Counted from the whole stretch's first letter, positions 37,375 through 50,535 are shown. The stretch is DNA of 63,803 nucleotides, filler included, from Hyphochytrium catenoides (GCA_900088475.1; 5 parts of 5 records of this genome joined end to end with filler, not necessarily neighbours in it); one strand, 5' to 3'. Notes: a model not told the origin generated them from the sequence alone. Numbers and translations: made by a program.

Positions 37375-38255
37375 CTTGACGGATCTGAGCCCTATAGGGA
37401 GCGAACGGCTGCGCTGATGAACTAGAAAAAGACGCCTCAGAATGCAATGAACTGCTCCTTCAAACTCTGCTCAGCGCTCCTCTTGGTTGGCACACAGCGC
37501 GCGCCCCACAGACCTCCTACCTTTAGCCCTATGCTGAAGGCATTCTTCCACCTGCTACAAAGCTCAGCTCAAGATATTGTCTAGCCAAGGTTTCATAGAG
37601 TTCTGGGTCACAGCGTCTGCGTCTTCATAGAGCTGGAGATCAAAAGCTTCAGAAAGGTTGCGATCCGAAAGAAGTTTTTCTGAATTGTAAGCGCTCTGAC
37701 GACAGCCGAGATAGCCGCTAACGCCATTCTCATGAATTCTTACTAATATATAATGACCGTTAGCTGCTAGCTTTGGCTTTGACTGAGGATCCGGGCGGCC
37801 CTGGGGACAGTTGGGACGCTGATAAGGTCTTTCCTTCTGGTCTCTGGGGTCGGAGAGCTCAAGGGTCATGATAGATGAAAGGGAACAGTGGCCAATATCT
37901 AGAAGAGAGCGGTGTGTCTGTATAGTCTCTCAGTCCGTAACGTCAACATGAAAACAGTCTCTGTCTTGCTTACGCAGAGAGATAACGGCATAGCTCCTCA
38001 GCTCGGGTCCTTATTGATGGATAAATATTGATCCTTCTCATCTACATCCTCTTTGCCTAGTGGCTGGAGTTTCTATGCTAGGCAGAGCTCTATGGTGCCA
38101 TCGTCTGCTTTCGCCCCTCTCCAGACCTGGTGTCTAACAACGAAAGGGCTTTCCTGCTACTGACTGCTTCTACAGTCCTGAATACAATCCTGAGTGCCCT
38201 CTTCCTTCTTAGAATTCTCTCTATCTTTGATGCTTGTCATATCTGCCGGCTCTGA

Positions 38256-40052
38256 TCAGGAGGCTGCCGGAGAAGCTGAAGATGCCCAAGTTGAGGCCAA
38301 CCTTTCCTCAAGCTGGACAAACACTGCCATGAGCGCCATGTGGCTGGAGGAGAAAGTTCTGTTGGGCAGCCAGTGATGGTAACGTCGAGGGTTGGGGATG
38401 TATTGAGGCACCCAGTCGCCCTGGTAGTTAGGATTATCGCGGAACTTGCCAACCCCTTCTTCCTCCTCAACAGGAAGCAGCGGACGGGGATCCCAGTCCA
38501 CGGGCTTTGGGTTCTCTGGGCCAGAAGGAAGTAGGACAGCCGAATGAGAAAGAGAGAAATGCAGAGAAGACAGGGTGTTATGATGAAGAAGCGAGCATGA
38601 AAACAAAGAGAACCATGAGGTTAAGTAGGTGGCATGCACGCCGCAGAGAGGAAGACCAGAAGGAGTTGTTAGAGGACGAGGAAATGAGCCCATTCCTAGC
38701 CCAAGAAACATTGTCTAACCGTTGAGAGTAGAAGCAGGTAGCGGTTATAGAGCCCTACGCAGAAGCACCAACCATAACAAGAGATAGGGGAGGCTCGTGA
38801 CAGACAGATCGTGATAGAACGAGGGAATTTGTCTTGAACGAGGCCCAAGTTTGGTCGGCTCACCTGGATCCTCGATTTCTTCCGGCTCCCTAGGGTCTGG
38901 CTCTCTCAGCTCTGTGAGCTCAGGTATCCTAAGTATCTGAATGGGGAGCAGCGTCTGCAGCCAGAATTAGGTTAGAAACTAACTCGAGGCGCCCGCAAAG
39001 GAATGTAAAGAAGGATACACGCCTTTGTGCGTGTATGGAAGGGAAGGACACAAGAGAGAGAGAGAGAGATGATGAAAGAGAAAGAGAGAGAGAGTTGAAG
39101 AGTGCCGTACCACGTCAGTAAAGAAAATGTAGTCTAAGGTCCCGGTGAAACTCTCTGTCGACCGAGTGTAGATCGGCTCCCTAAGGCGATTCGGAGAGCA
39201 ACAGCAAGATGCCGGGTCAAAACGAAAGAGGAGAAGATATTAAGAGAGAGGGAGCGTAAACGCTATTTGTCGGTGAAGAGCTGCGGACCTCCAGGAGAGC
39301 GAGGACTGCAGTGCTAGAAAAAAAGAGCAAGATCAGCTAGAGAAGAGGACGCTGGGCAAGATGACGGGATAAAATGCAGAGACCCGTGAAGAGTGTAGAC
39401 GACAAGCGGCTTCTTTTCTTTACCATCCTCCATCGTGGAGCCTGTACGCGCTAGCCAGTCTTAGGCTATGAAGCGCTGCCATATCCCGAAGGCCGCTGAT
39501 TTCTGTCTCTGTTGGCTCCTTCTCCTCTCCAAACCTCTTGAGAGTCTTATGCAGGGCCTGCTGACTATTCTCCTCTCCATCTGTGAATCGAGGAGTCAAG
39601 CCACTGCAGCGCTGTACATGAGTAGACAGGGGTCAGTACGTCGAGGAAGCAAGGGAAGAGAAGAAAGAGGAGACACAACTCACGTCAAGAACTAGCTTCT
39701 TTCTCTCCTCGGGATCAGAATCCTCAGGCCTAAAACCTGGGTCTTCGCATGGCAATGTCTCTCCTTTGGCAGACTAGCGGGAGGGACCAAACGAAGCACT
39801 TAGCTGGCGTCCCACTTCTTCCCTCCGATTCTTTGATTTTACCGCCTTTCTCTGTCGGATTGTGTCTCTTTCTCTCTTTCTTTCTCCCTCAGAGGCACAC
39901 ACCGTCCCACTACTCTTTCGCGGTTTTGAACCTTCTACCTTGCGATTTGCTCAAGTCTCCACGTTTCTCTCTCTCACACAGCTAAAAAGGCCGATACTTT
40001 TCCTAAAAGCTTTTCTCTCTCTCCCTCTCTGACATTCGCTCTCTCTCTCTGA

Positions 40053-40109
<57 letters not shown>

Positions 40110-42060
40110 GTTGTGTCCTCTTAGTGATCTAAACTCTGCCGGCAGTAGACGGCAAGACTGCATAGAGAAAGGAGCACAGACCAGTGTCTTCACGGGTTTT
40201 GAAGGCTTGCTGAATGCGCTCCATCCGTGCTGGTTCCTTGCTGCAATGCGAAACTCATACCTACCGACGCGGGAAGTAAGAAAAGAGGNNNNNNNNNNNN
40301 NNNNNNNNNNNNNNNNNNNNNNNNNNNNNNNNNNNNNNNNNNNNNTAGTTGCAGGGCTAAGCCCCGTGATGGTGCCTTCACTCCCTGCTGGCCGTAGGAG
40401 ATCCTGGCAGAAGCCAAGCACTCTATTACCGTCAATCCTTCTCTGAATCTTATACTCGAGCACTGGCCCAAACTACAGAGAGAGTTGGACGCAGGTTAAC
40501 GGGAGAGACCGTCAGAGGAGGAATAGTGATGGAAAAGACAGAAAGAGAGAGAGAGAGAGAAGGGGAGAGAGAGAGAAAGGGGAGAGAGAGGGGGAGACAG
40601 TCATTGGAAGAGACATAGCTAGCTGCAAAGGGAAGGCACAGATTTATTTTGTTATCACCTTAGAGGTGACGGGAGTCCATGACAGCTTAATGAGGCTGCG
40701 CGACACATCCTTGACGGTGGGAGCTTCTGAGGAGGTAGAGGACAAGGTGTAAGTGGCTCTCTCCTCCCTCCATGGCCCTTCTCTCTCTCTCTCTCTCTCT
40801 CTCTTGTTTCACACCTCTTTGTCTTTATTCTATCCCGTCCTCTCTCTCTCGTCGCAGTCCACAACTAGTCATTGCTAGCTAATTTTTGACTTGTAGGTCT
40901 GTTTCTCTCTCCACAACCTCTCCATCGACTGTTCTCTCTCTTCTTTTCCTTTCATCCGTCATTTGCGTCGGTGTCCCTCCTCCTTTCAAGAGAGGTAGAG
41001 AGAAAGAGAGAGAGAGAGAGAGAGAGTAAAGCACGGTTACCAGGAGTTGCTGGAGGACCAGGCCTCTCGGGAATGGTCCCTTTCGTCACGAGAAAGTAGA
41101 AATCGTCCCCAGGCAAGAAGTTAAAGTTCCCGCAGAAGATGATTGGAAGCTGAAGAGAGGCATTGAACCTTTCCACCCTGTTCAAGAGGTAGCGCACCNN
41201 NNNNNNNNNNNNNNNNNNNNNNNNNNNNNNNNNNNNNNNNNNNNNNNNNNNNNNNNNNNNGATGGAGAAGCGGGTAGCGAGGTGCGTCACAGTCTCTCTC
41301 TCTCTCTCTCGTCTCTGTCTCTCCCTGTCTCTCCTCTCTACAGGTAAGCGCTAGATATTATCTATTGAAGCCCAAACCAGGTTCAGGACGCGGGAAGAAG
41401 AATCGACAGCCCACCAAGGGGGAGAAACCAGAGAGACAGAGTTGCGAGAAGCACTAACGGAAAAGAGAAGAGACAGAAACAGAGAGACAAAAACGAGAGA
41501 CAGAGAAAAAGAGAGAGTGAGACAGACAGAGAGAGAGAGAGTCAGAGTGAGAACCGAGCGTTATAGTCGGAGGTCGTACCCACACAGAAAGCTGAGCGAT
41601 AAGGCGCCTCTTCCCATGGCTGCAACCCGACCAGGAGGGCGATGTTGTCCTGCTTGGCCCTGAGCTGGACATTAGGGTCCTGCACGGCCTCTGTCAGGTC
41701 GTTGAGGGAGAGGAGAGAGGAGTGAAAGAGCTGGAAAGAGTCTCTCTTGAACGCCACGACCAGGCCCTCATGGTAGTTCTCTCCTCTCCCCTTGAAGACG
41801 CTGTCATACCCGGCATGACTGAGCTCATTCTGCCACCAGTCCTCATAATTATCCACGTCCTAAGATGAGGTCAGATATAAGGTTAGAAAGGGAGAGAGAG
41901 AGAGAGAGAGAGAGAACGAAGAGAGAGAGAGATATGAGAGGAGAGAGAGAGGAGGCCGGGCGTGAGAGAAAAGGAGGGAGTGACAGAGAGGAGAGGAGAG
42001 TGGGTAGAGAGCGGGAGGGACGACAGAAAGAGAGTAGAACCTTGGGACAGGGAGGGAGGC

Positions 42061-42123
<63 letters not shown>

Positions 42124-42276
42124 AGAAAAGAGAAATAAGTCTTTCACAGGCTCTCCCGTCTTTACCTGAAGGCAGTAAATGTCGGCATCATAACTGAAAA
42201 GTTCTCTGACAAAAGGTAGACCACACGGAGTGAAGGAAAGGAGAGAGAGACACACAGAGGCAGAGGGAGAGAGTGA

Positions 42277-42321
<45 letters not shown>

Positions 42322-43485
42322 CGAGAGAGAGAAGAAACTAGCAGACAGAGAGTAAAAGAGATTGGGGATAAGGAGAGAGTTATCATGAGAGCAGTTTAGA
42401 GGGAGGCAGAAGGAAGTATAAGGGCACCCAAGCAAGAGAATAGACTTGTGACACAATGAGGAGACATCGAAAAAAGGCGAGAGACGTAGAGAGAGAGAGA
42501 GAGAGGCAGAGAGCGAAGACCTGCAAACAACGGGACACAGAGAGAGACAAATACGTATATAGAGAGAGAAAGAGAGACATTCAAACAGGTAGACAGAGGC
42601 AGAAACTTTCACGTCAAGGGAGATATAGAGGTGGAAGATGAGGAAGGAAGGGAAAGGGACTAGAAAAGAGAAAGAAGTGACGAGGAGACAAGGCATCTTA
42701 GAGGTCACCGCAAGACTGTAAAGAGAGAGAAGGAGACCAAAGAAATGGGCAAGCCAGGGAAGAGGACTGTATTTGAGGGAAGAGGAAAACGCTGCGGATC
42801 TAAAGGAGAGACAGAGAGAGAGAGAAATGAAAGAGAGAGAGAGAGTGAGAGAGAGAGAGAAATGAGAGAGANNNACTTGAGGGCTCTGGGCTGCACGTAG
42901 GGAAATTCATCCTCATTGACATAGATCTGTAGCATGAGACAAAAAGAGAGAAAGAAAGGGTGTGGGCACCCCCGATGAGAGAGGGAAGAGGAAGAGAGTA
43001 GAAAGAAGGGAGGAGAGAGAGACATACAAAAAGGGGGAGCGCGCGAGAGAGAGGAAGGGCGTTGGGGGTAGAGAAAAACAGAGGGAGAGGTTGGAGACAG
43101 GGGGAAGACACAAAGAGAGAGAGAGAGAGAAAGACCAAGAGACAGAGAGTGAGAGACTTAGAAAAGAGAAGAAAAGGTAGGGCGGGAAGTAGGTAGATGG
43201 CCAGGGTGGGCGCCCAAGAGAGAGGAACCAAGAGACCAGAAGCTGCAGATGCACGTCCCTTCAGAAAGGAGAGAACGCAGCTCGAGAGAAGAGAATAGTC
43301 TCTGTCTCTACCTGCGCCACACATTTCATAGAGACGACAGATACTTTGGGCCGCTGAGAGAATTCTTCCGCGGCCACCGCCGGGTCCGCAGGGACCATGA
43401 CGCGGCCTCCCCAGGGCTCTCTCTCCTGATTGAACGGCGTGACGTACCTCTCTCTGTGCGAGAGAGAAGCAGACGAGCTCGACAT
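38256..43485 (-). CDS. CCR4/Angel/nocturnin-like EEP-family protein with internal fibronectin type III domain; catalytic residues substituted
   Basis: Exons encode VSVVSMKCVAQ|IYVNEDEFPY, RELFSYDADIYCLQ|DVDNYEDWW...GYDSVFKGR...EGLVVAFK, THL, PIIFCGNFNFLP, FN3 (APTVKDVSRSLIKLSWTP...VLEYKIQ...TITGLSPAT..YEFRIAARNQHGWSAFSKPS), HSLRLASAY, EPIYT..FTGTLDYIFF and LPNRTFSSSHMALMA. Some exons fall in N gaps; start uncertain. Confidence 0.85.
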
Positions 43486-43951
43486 CCTCTTTAGCCCTCA
43501 TAAGGCGGTAAAAGAGGTCCGCCCACACGCGCTTGCGGGAGAGATTGAGGCAGAGAGAAGGGATACAAGAGAGAGGGAGACGGGGAGAAAGCTTTCTTGC
43601 GGAGCAGCTCTAGGGTGGGCCGGCAGAAAGGACGAGTTGTGAACGCTATCTAGCTAGGCGACGAGACATAGAAGAGAGGATAGAGTGAAGAGAATGACGG
43701 AGACAAGGAGAAGAGAGAGGATGAGAGAGTAGAAAGAGAGAGAAAGAGAGGAGAGAAGGTTGACAATCCCTCTCTTGGCTCCAATAAGAGTCCTACGCTA
43801 GGCTTATAAATCTCTCTTCTCTCTCTCTTCTGCCAACAGGCGGCTACTTTCACTCTTACTCATCGCAACTACCTCGCTCTTGTCTCCCATCGCTTCTCTC
43901 TCTCTCTTCCTCTCGCGGTCGCTCCGTTCTCCGTTCTCTCCCTCTTTTCTT

Positions 43952-44005
<54 letters not shown>

Positions 44006-44215
44006 TCCTCATCTTCCTGTCCCTCTGCCTCTTCTCTGCCTCTCTCGCACTTATGACCTTTCAAGAACCCAAGTTTATGAAACATGGCGTTACCGGCTTT
44101 TCTGGCTTGACGCCAGGACGTTAGCGGCCTTTGGAGGACCTAATAATATGCTGCTAAGTGTCCTTTGCAGGCCCCAGAAGCCTCTCAGGATGAAGGTGAA
44201 GAGTACGGAGATTCA

Positions 44216-44257
<42 letters not shown>

Positions 44258-44974
44258 TTTTTTCTCTCTCTTCTTGGTTACGTCATCAAGCTTCGGAGAA
44301 GTAAAGCTCTTTACTCTTTCCTTCACTCCATAGCCTTATAGCAGGGGTTGAAGGAGGATAAGCAAACTAGAGAGATGCTGAAGATTAACAATCGCGATAA
44401 GGAAGAGCATTTGGTAGAGCATTCTTCTGAGAAAGGCTTCCAGAATAGGGAAACATGGCGCTAGCACTAATGTATAATCATCCAGAGAGCGAAAGGTCAT
44501 CAGTGTCTATAGCTCAAGTCTCCGATGCGTGGCCATGAGGCAGGCTGCGGCTCTGCAAAGATCAGAGGCTTAGGTTCGGAGCTTCCTCCGGCTTCCCATC
44601 TCTGCAAAGCTCTTCAATAGGTTATAAAAGCACAGGCCGGAAGTTGGGAGCGGATTTAAGCTGGGAGATTAAGGACGGTGGTGTTCTCCAGCCTCTTGCC
44701 TGCCCTTAAGCTTCACTGCAACCGAGATTCCAGAGAAGTATGGGCGAGAAGGGATGAGGCTCGTTAAGAGCTGGACAGAGTCATCCCATTGACCGCGCTC
44801 TGCGATGCAATTTCATTGCCCATGAGTCCATTAACGGCGATACTGCATTGGCTGAAGCTTGACATCTCTCTGCAATCTGGAGCATCGTATAGAGTTCAGA
44901 GGAAAAGCCAGCTTGTGGGGCAGGCGCATCTCCCCGTCCCATCCTACTGAAGGGACGCTTAAGTAAGCCAAAAG

Positions 44975-45796
44975 CTAGACGTCCCATTTCCGTCTCTTTG
45001 TTGGCGGTTGAGTTATCGTTTGGGCTGCCGGGACTGTGAGCTGCTGCACAGCTGCAGGTGTAGGACCAGCCTGCCCAGCACTTGGCCATGAACGCTCTGC
45101 AGCAGCAGCAGCGGCGGCCTTCTTCTCCTGATGGCGTCGTTGGACAATGGCGAGATACTCAACGAACTCTTCTTCTCTATAACTGTGCGGGTCAAAGAGC
45201 TCCTTCGGATAGTTGGACCCGACTTCGTCAATGTGGAAGAACTCCACGACTTTCTGCAGAAGATAGGGGTTGCCAAAGTCTTTCTTTTTGTGCAGGTTCT
45301 GGGTGAAGTTATACCCCGACTTTGTGAGTTCCAAGACCTGCGCTACTTTGCGCTGCACCGTTGGATTTGCCTCTCCTTCAGGCTCAGCAGGTATCAGACC
45401 AACAAGCTCCTGTAGCTCTTCGTCTTCATAAGTGAACGTCTCCTTATGAGCTTCGTCCCGGGAAGAAAGCTCTTTCTCATTGGTCTGTATCTCCTCTTCG
45501 TGCACAGAGTCCTCTTTACCATTAAGGACCTGTTCTTGGTTTTTCTGGGCAGAAGTGTTCTCAGGTACTCGATTGGCTCCAATAGTTGGCTCAGGGACAG
45601 GGCTTGACAAGTTCTGCTTCTCATCCTCATCTTGCCCTACAGCTTCATCAATCTCATGCTCTGCCACCTCATACGAGACGATGGAAAAAGGGAGTCGTCG
45701 ACCTCTAGGCCCAGCTGTTTGATTCTCACTCTCTTGCTTCTCATCCTTGCCCTCAACCGATTCAGGATCGGAGGAGTACCCGGCCAGGCCAATCAT
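44975..45796 (-). CDS. SAP30BP: SAP30-binding protein / HCNGP-like, intronless
   Basis: N-terminal LAGYSSD, core IPAEPEGEANPTVQRKV...NFTQNLHKKKDFGNPYLLQKVVEFFHIDEVGSNYPKELFDP, C-terminal KRRKWD. Confidence 0.9.
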   Translation of the reverse strand: MIGLAGYSSDPESVEGKDEKQESENQTAGPRGRRLPFSIVSYEVAEHEIDEAVGQDEDEKQNLSSPVPEPTIGANRVPENTSAQKNQEQVLNGKEDSVHEEEIQTNEKELSSRDEAHKETFTYEDEELQELVGLIPAEPEGEANPTVQRKVAQVLELTKSGYNFTQNLHKKKDFGNPYLLQKVVEFFHIDEVGSNYPKELFDPHSYREEEFVEYLAIVQRRHQEKKAAAAAAAERSWPSAGQAGPTPAAVQQLTVPAAQTITQPPTKRRKWDV

Positions 45797-46551
45797 CCTT
45801 TCCTAGCGCTCGAAATAACCGGGACCTCGTATATAATCCGCTCTCGGCAAGAGGCTTTAAAGTTTGTCTATGGCACTCTTGGTATGTCTCGTCGGGTCAC
45901 ATCCTACCACTCTCAGCTTCTCTTCCTACCAGTGAAGTTGCACCTGCTGCATCATTGCCAATCGTAAGAAAGGCTTTATAGGTAGAGCACAGAGCTGAGA
46001 TACCGAGCCTTAGGGCCTTCTGGCGCTCATCTCTCATCAAAGCTCTTCATTGTCTTCGTCTCTTTATTGTGGCGCCAGGTGCCAGAAGCTCTGAAGCACA
46101 GACACTGCTGAAATGAAGCTCGAGCATCCGATAATCCTTCTACGATAATCGATTCCATATTTATTTGATTTTCATAGGGGTAAAAGCCATAGCAGTAATG
46201 CATAGCAGAACAGACTGATTCCTACCGTTAACCGCTTTGTTTGAGAAGCATCGGAAACGGCCTTGTCTGCCGCGCCCCGCCTTCTTCAGAAAAATCTTTC
46301 TCTCTTCGGGAAGGAAGAAGAAGATCTCTTCTTTCAGAGCTGGCACGCAGCCGTTGAGCCCCTACCACGGGCAGGTGGATCTCTCGTTGAGCTCGGAGAC
46401 TTCTCAGAAGAAGAAGCATCGTAGGTGTTATTCTGTGCAAGAGAGGGAGAGGATTAAGCGGCCGGCCCGGTGAGGGAGCAAGCCACCCTACCCGTACCGA
46501 GGTGTCGCAGATCTAAGGAGGAGCTATACTGATTCATCTCTACCCTGCGCC

Positions 46552-49102
46552 ATGAGCTCCAGTTGTCGTCACGCCTCTCATGCAGGGTCTTGGTACTTGG
46601 CTGATCCTGGTCGACTGGGCGCGCAGCTCGAAGGTAAGGGACCAGGACAGGGAGGCGCAGGCCTACTATTCACGGTGTGTTAAGAGATGCCTGATAATGC
46701 AGAGTGGCTCCGAGCTGCATCTACAAGCGGAGAAGGAGAGAATGGACAGAGGCTTGCTCGCGGAGTTATCGCTCCTCACGCCGGCTATTCGTAAGCACTT
46801 ATAGCGCTCCCTAGGCTCTCCTCGTCCGTTCTATCTCTTTCTCCTATCCTCGTTTCTTCTCATCTAACCTCCTCCTCTATGGAATAGGTATTCGGGCTCC
46901 ACGGCTGCCTTTGCGTACAAGCATCTGAAACCTGACCAGGTCGACCGAATCTTCATCCTTGGTCCCTCTCATCACGTCTATATCAGGTAGGACTTTGGCT
47001 CACCGCCCAGTATCTAGTGCTTCGCTCACTCTTCATGTGTGTCTCTCTCTCTCGCTGTTCATCGGTGGCTATCTGTCTCGCTTCTCTCTCTTCACTTTGG
47101 CCTGTCTGGACAGAGGCTGTGCCCTTAGCGGGGCGTCAGAGTATGAGACACCGCTAGGGAATCTTATCATCGATAGAGAGACGACCGAGGAGTTACATCG
47201 AACGGTAGTCACTTCTCTTCAGCCTCTCTCCACCACTATTAGCTCTCCCGCTATCCCCTTGTCTCGCGCTCTGCACCTTTATTGGCCTCTCCATCCCTTG
47301 GGACCTTCCGCCATCTCTGTGTCTGTCCCTGCGGGGATTGAATGTTACCCATCCCCGTGCTCTTCCGTTAGCTGATGAGCTTGAAAGGATCCGAGGCACC
47401 TCTGACCATGGGTCATAACCTACTAGGGATCATTCGAAGTGATGGACATCAGTGTGGACGAGGACGAGCACAGCATAGAGATGCACCTTCCTTATATAGC
47501 CAAGGTAAGCAGAGGTGTGCTAGGTCAAGCGGAGCAAACGCTAGAGCAAAGCAACTTCATAACCGGGAGAACGAGGAGAGAACTCAATAGCAGATATGAG
47601 GAGCGAGGACGAGAGAGAGAATATTTGAAAGAGGGGATAGAGATGCCTGGTCGTCTAAACGCAGAAGGCTAGCAGCGCAAGGGGAAGAGAGGTGGGTCCC
47701 CCAAGAGGGGAAGAGAGAAAGAGAGTCCAGTGGCCTGATGTCAAAGAAGATGGACACGTAAGCTCCGCTCCCCCATCTCGGTAGGTCATGGGTACTAAGA
47801 GCTTCAAGGTGGTGCCCATCCTTGTGGGCTCGCTCACTCCTCGTTTAGAAGAAGATTATGGGAGGTGAGTCGAGGCTACGGTCCATGCTAAGCTTGCTTG
47901 CACTGCTGAGCCTCGTCTCTCCGGCCTTAACTCTTTTTTTCTGGCAGAGTACTGGCCCCTTATCTGGAGAACCCGAGGAACTTCTTCGTGGTGAGCTCAG
48001 ACTTCTGCCATTGGGGCTCAAGGTATGGATGAACACTCTCTGCTTGTCTTGTCAAGCCAAGATGACAGAGTCATAGCGGTTAAAAGTGCTAGAGAGTGAC
48101 GATCATGGAGAAGAAGAGCTAACGGGGCAGAGATGAAGCGGAGACAAGGAACAGAAGGAAGTGGGCAACAAGCAGCGGTGCTACTAGAAGCGGGACCTGT
48201 TAGGCTAGGCAATAGGCCAGCACGGACCCATCCAGCCACAGCTACGAACGACGCAGCGGAGGAGTGAGACAACACTTTCTCTGACTCTTTACGCTTTCTC
48301 TTCTCTACGCTCTCAGGTTCCAGTACACGCCTTATGACGCAAGCAAGGGCTCTATATCTCAGTTTATCCGAGAGCTAGACCACGAATGCATGGAGGTAGG
48401 GACATTGTCCGCTCGGGCCGCAGAAGAGAACGCTAGCGGGAGATGGAGAGGAAGCGAGGAGAGAAAGAGAGAGAGTGAGGAGCGAAAATTTAAGAGAGGA
48501 AGAAAGGTGCGGAGGAGTAAGGAAAAGCTTGGCTAACGTGGGACGAGATATCTGGCTTAGGATACGGGGTGCGGAGCCCACATCGCGGTTCTATGGGGAA
48601 TGACCTGACACCTCTTTGCTCGCCCTTGTGTCTTCCTTTACTACCCAGATTATTGAGCGCCAAGACCTTCCCTCCCTTGTCACTTACTTCAAAACGCAGA
48701 GGAACACTGTCTGTGGGCGACATCCTATTGGGGTGAGTCTCTTGGGGGCAGCAGCATGTAAAGGGCGGACGGGGGAGTTCTTACAGAGAGAGAGAGAGAG
48801 AGGCCCAAGAGAGAGAGGGGGAGAGCGCGAGAGAGAAACCGAGAAAGAGACTGCAGAAAAGACGAAAATATTTTGAAAAGGTTCGTGTGACATTATGCAG
48901 ACCTGGGCAATGAAGTCAGAGAGAGAGAGAGAAGAGAGAAAAGCTCTTCCTCATACTTTGGCTTGGCCTGCAGGTCATGCTCAACGCCATATCCGCTGTG
49001 GGAGGATATCAAGTCAAGTTCTTGCACTATCGACAGAGCAGCGAGTGCAAAACTATGCGCGACAGCTCTGTCTCCTATGCCTCTGCCCTCATCTTTCAGT
49101 AG
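46552..49102 (+). CDS. MEMO1: MEMO1 family protein, 10 exons
   Basis: Spliced [19 protein letters not shown]|[55 protein letters not shown] and DSSVSYAS. All GT-AG; TAG at 49100-49102. Confidence 0.96.
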
Positions 49103-49359
49103 AGACATTGAAAGTCTAAGCATAACGGGTCCTACCCCTGTATTCTCTCTCCTTCTCTTCTTCTCTTAACAATCTCTCTGTCTCTCCCTTTCTTCTGAGA
49201 GAAGTTCACCTACCTGTCCTCATGTTCACCTATCATATCGCTACTCTCTCTCTTCTTCCCACCACCCGCTTCTTCGTTCCTCTCTCGCGCTGTGTCGATC
49301 TCTCGCTCTTGTCAAATTGGCTAGAGAGAGAAGGAGCGGAAGTCACAAGTGTCTTTTTG

Positions 49360-50535
49360 CTAAGAGAGGAGAATCCCTTCACTTGCTCCGCGGATAGTGA
49401 GCACTATGAGAGAGACTCGTCCTGCTAACTCTAAGAAATCAAAGAAGAGAAGCGCCCCTCGTCTCCGCGTCTTCCAAAGCCCATAGATAACGACAGATAG
49501 AGCGGCGGCAAACAGAGCCCAAGCGAAATGTATCTTGATAGCCCAGGTGGCGAGAGAGAAGCCGTAAGAGAGAGGAAGAAAGAGAGAGATGTCAAGCGAA
49601 GCTCCCTTTCCAACGGGAAGAGGCGGGGAGGGCCCACTTCTCTCGGACAGAACCACTAAGAGAAGGATCAGCATATCCACCGTCTGAGCCAGTTGAAGAG
49701 AGAGAGAGGGACTCAAAGACGGGCATTCAGACCTCCTTTTTGAGGAGAAGAGACACCTCTCTCTCTCCCCCGGGTCGCAGAAGCTCTGAGTAGTGGCCAT
49801 CATGGTCCCATGCGTCCAGGCATAGAGACAGCATGCAAAGCCAAGGAGGAGAAGAAGAAGCTGCTGGTCTGACCTTCTTTTCTCTCTTTGAAAGAGAGCA
49901 GCAAGAAGGAAAGCTGTGCTGCAGTACGCAGCGACCAGGAGAGAAGAGAAAAGAGAGAGCGCGCCATGAAGGAGTGGCCAAGAAGACACAAGACGGTGAT
50001 AAAAGACGAGAGACAAAGAGTCAACAAAGAGCCGAGAGAGAGCTGTCAGTGCCCACGCCCGCAGAACATGCTCCTTCTTCCATTCTCCAATGGGAGAGGC
50101 TAGCAACCGACGAAAGAGAGAGAGAATGTCCCAGCTTTCTCCTTTGACTTCTGCTCTAGCGGCAGCTTCTCCGTCTGAGAGAGATCGAGTCTTCAGATCT
50201 CCAGTCTTCGTGCTTCTTCTCCGCGGCTCTGGCAGCTTTTCAAACTTTATCGCCATCGGGCTGCCGCCGCTTCTGAGCTCTGCTGCTCTCTGCAGCACCG
50301 CCACGCCCTCCTCGAAGCTGAGACCGTCCATTGGCTGTCCATTCACAGTGAGAAGCTTCACACCGCGCTTGATCTCTGGATAATCTGCGGCCAGACTGCC
50401 TGGCAGCACGGCCCGGACGATAACATGCTGATGATGATAGTCTGGCTCGACCTTGAGGCCCACGATGCGCCCACTGCCAAATTTGGCTGTGAAGGTCTGC
50501 GGTTCAGCCTCCGCGCCCGGGCGTTGGTCTGGCAT
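49360..50535 (-). CDS. N-terminal PDZ domain + multi-pass membrane protein
   Basis: 391-aa ORF. IVGLKVEP...VIVRAVLPGSLAA..EIKRGVKLLTVNGQPMDGLSFEEGVAVLQ is a PDZ pattern, followed by about 5-7 hydrophobic segments. Confidence 0.7.
   Translation of the reverse strand: MPDQRPGAEAEPQTFTAKFGSGRIVGLKVEPDYHHQHVIVRAVLPGSLAADYPEIKRGVKLLTVNGQPMDGLSFEEGVAVLQRAAELRSGGSPMAIKFEKLPEPRRRSTKTGDLKTRSLSDGEAAARAEVKGESWDILSLFRRLLASPIGEWKKEHVLRAWALTALSRLFVDSLSLVFYHRLVSSWPLLHGALSLFSSLLVAAYCSTAFLLAALFQREKRRSDQQLLLLLLGFACCLYAWTHGTMMATTQSFCDPGERERCLFSSKRRSECPSLSPSLSLQLAQTVDMLILLLVVLSERSGPSPPLPVGKGASLDISLFLPLSYGFSLATWAIKIHFAWALFAAALSVVIYGLWKTRRRGALLFFDFLELAGRVSLIVLTIRGASEGILLS

Noticed and set aside
37564-37869. 101-aa ORF between the EEP gene and CDK7
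   Set aside because: No recognisable motif; lies in the probable promoter/UTR interval, so cannot be supported.
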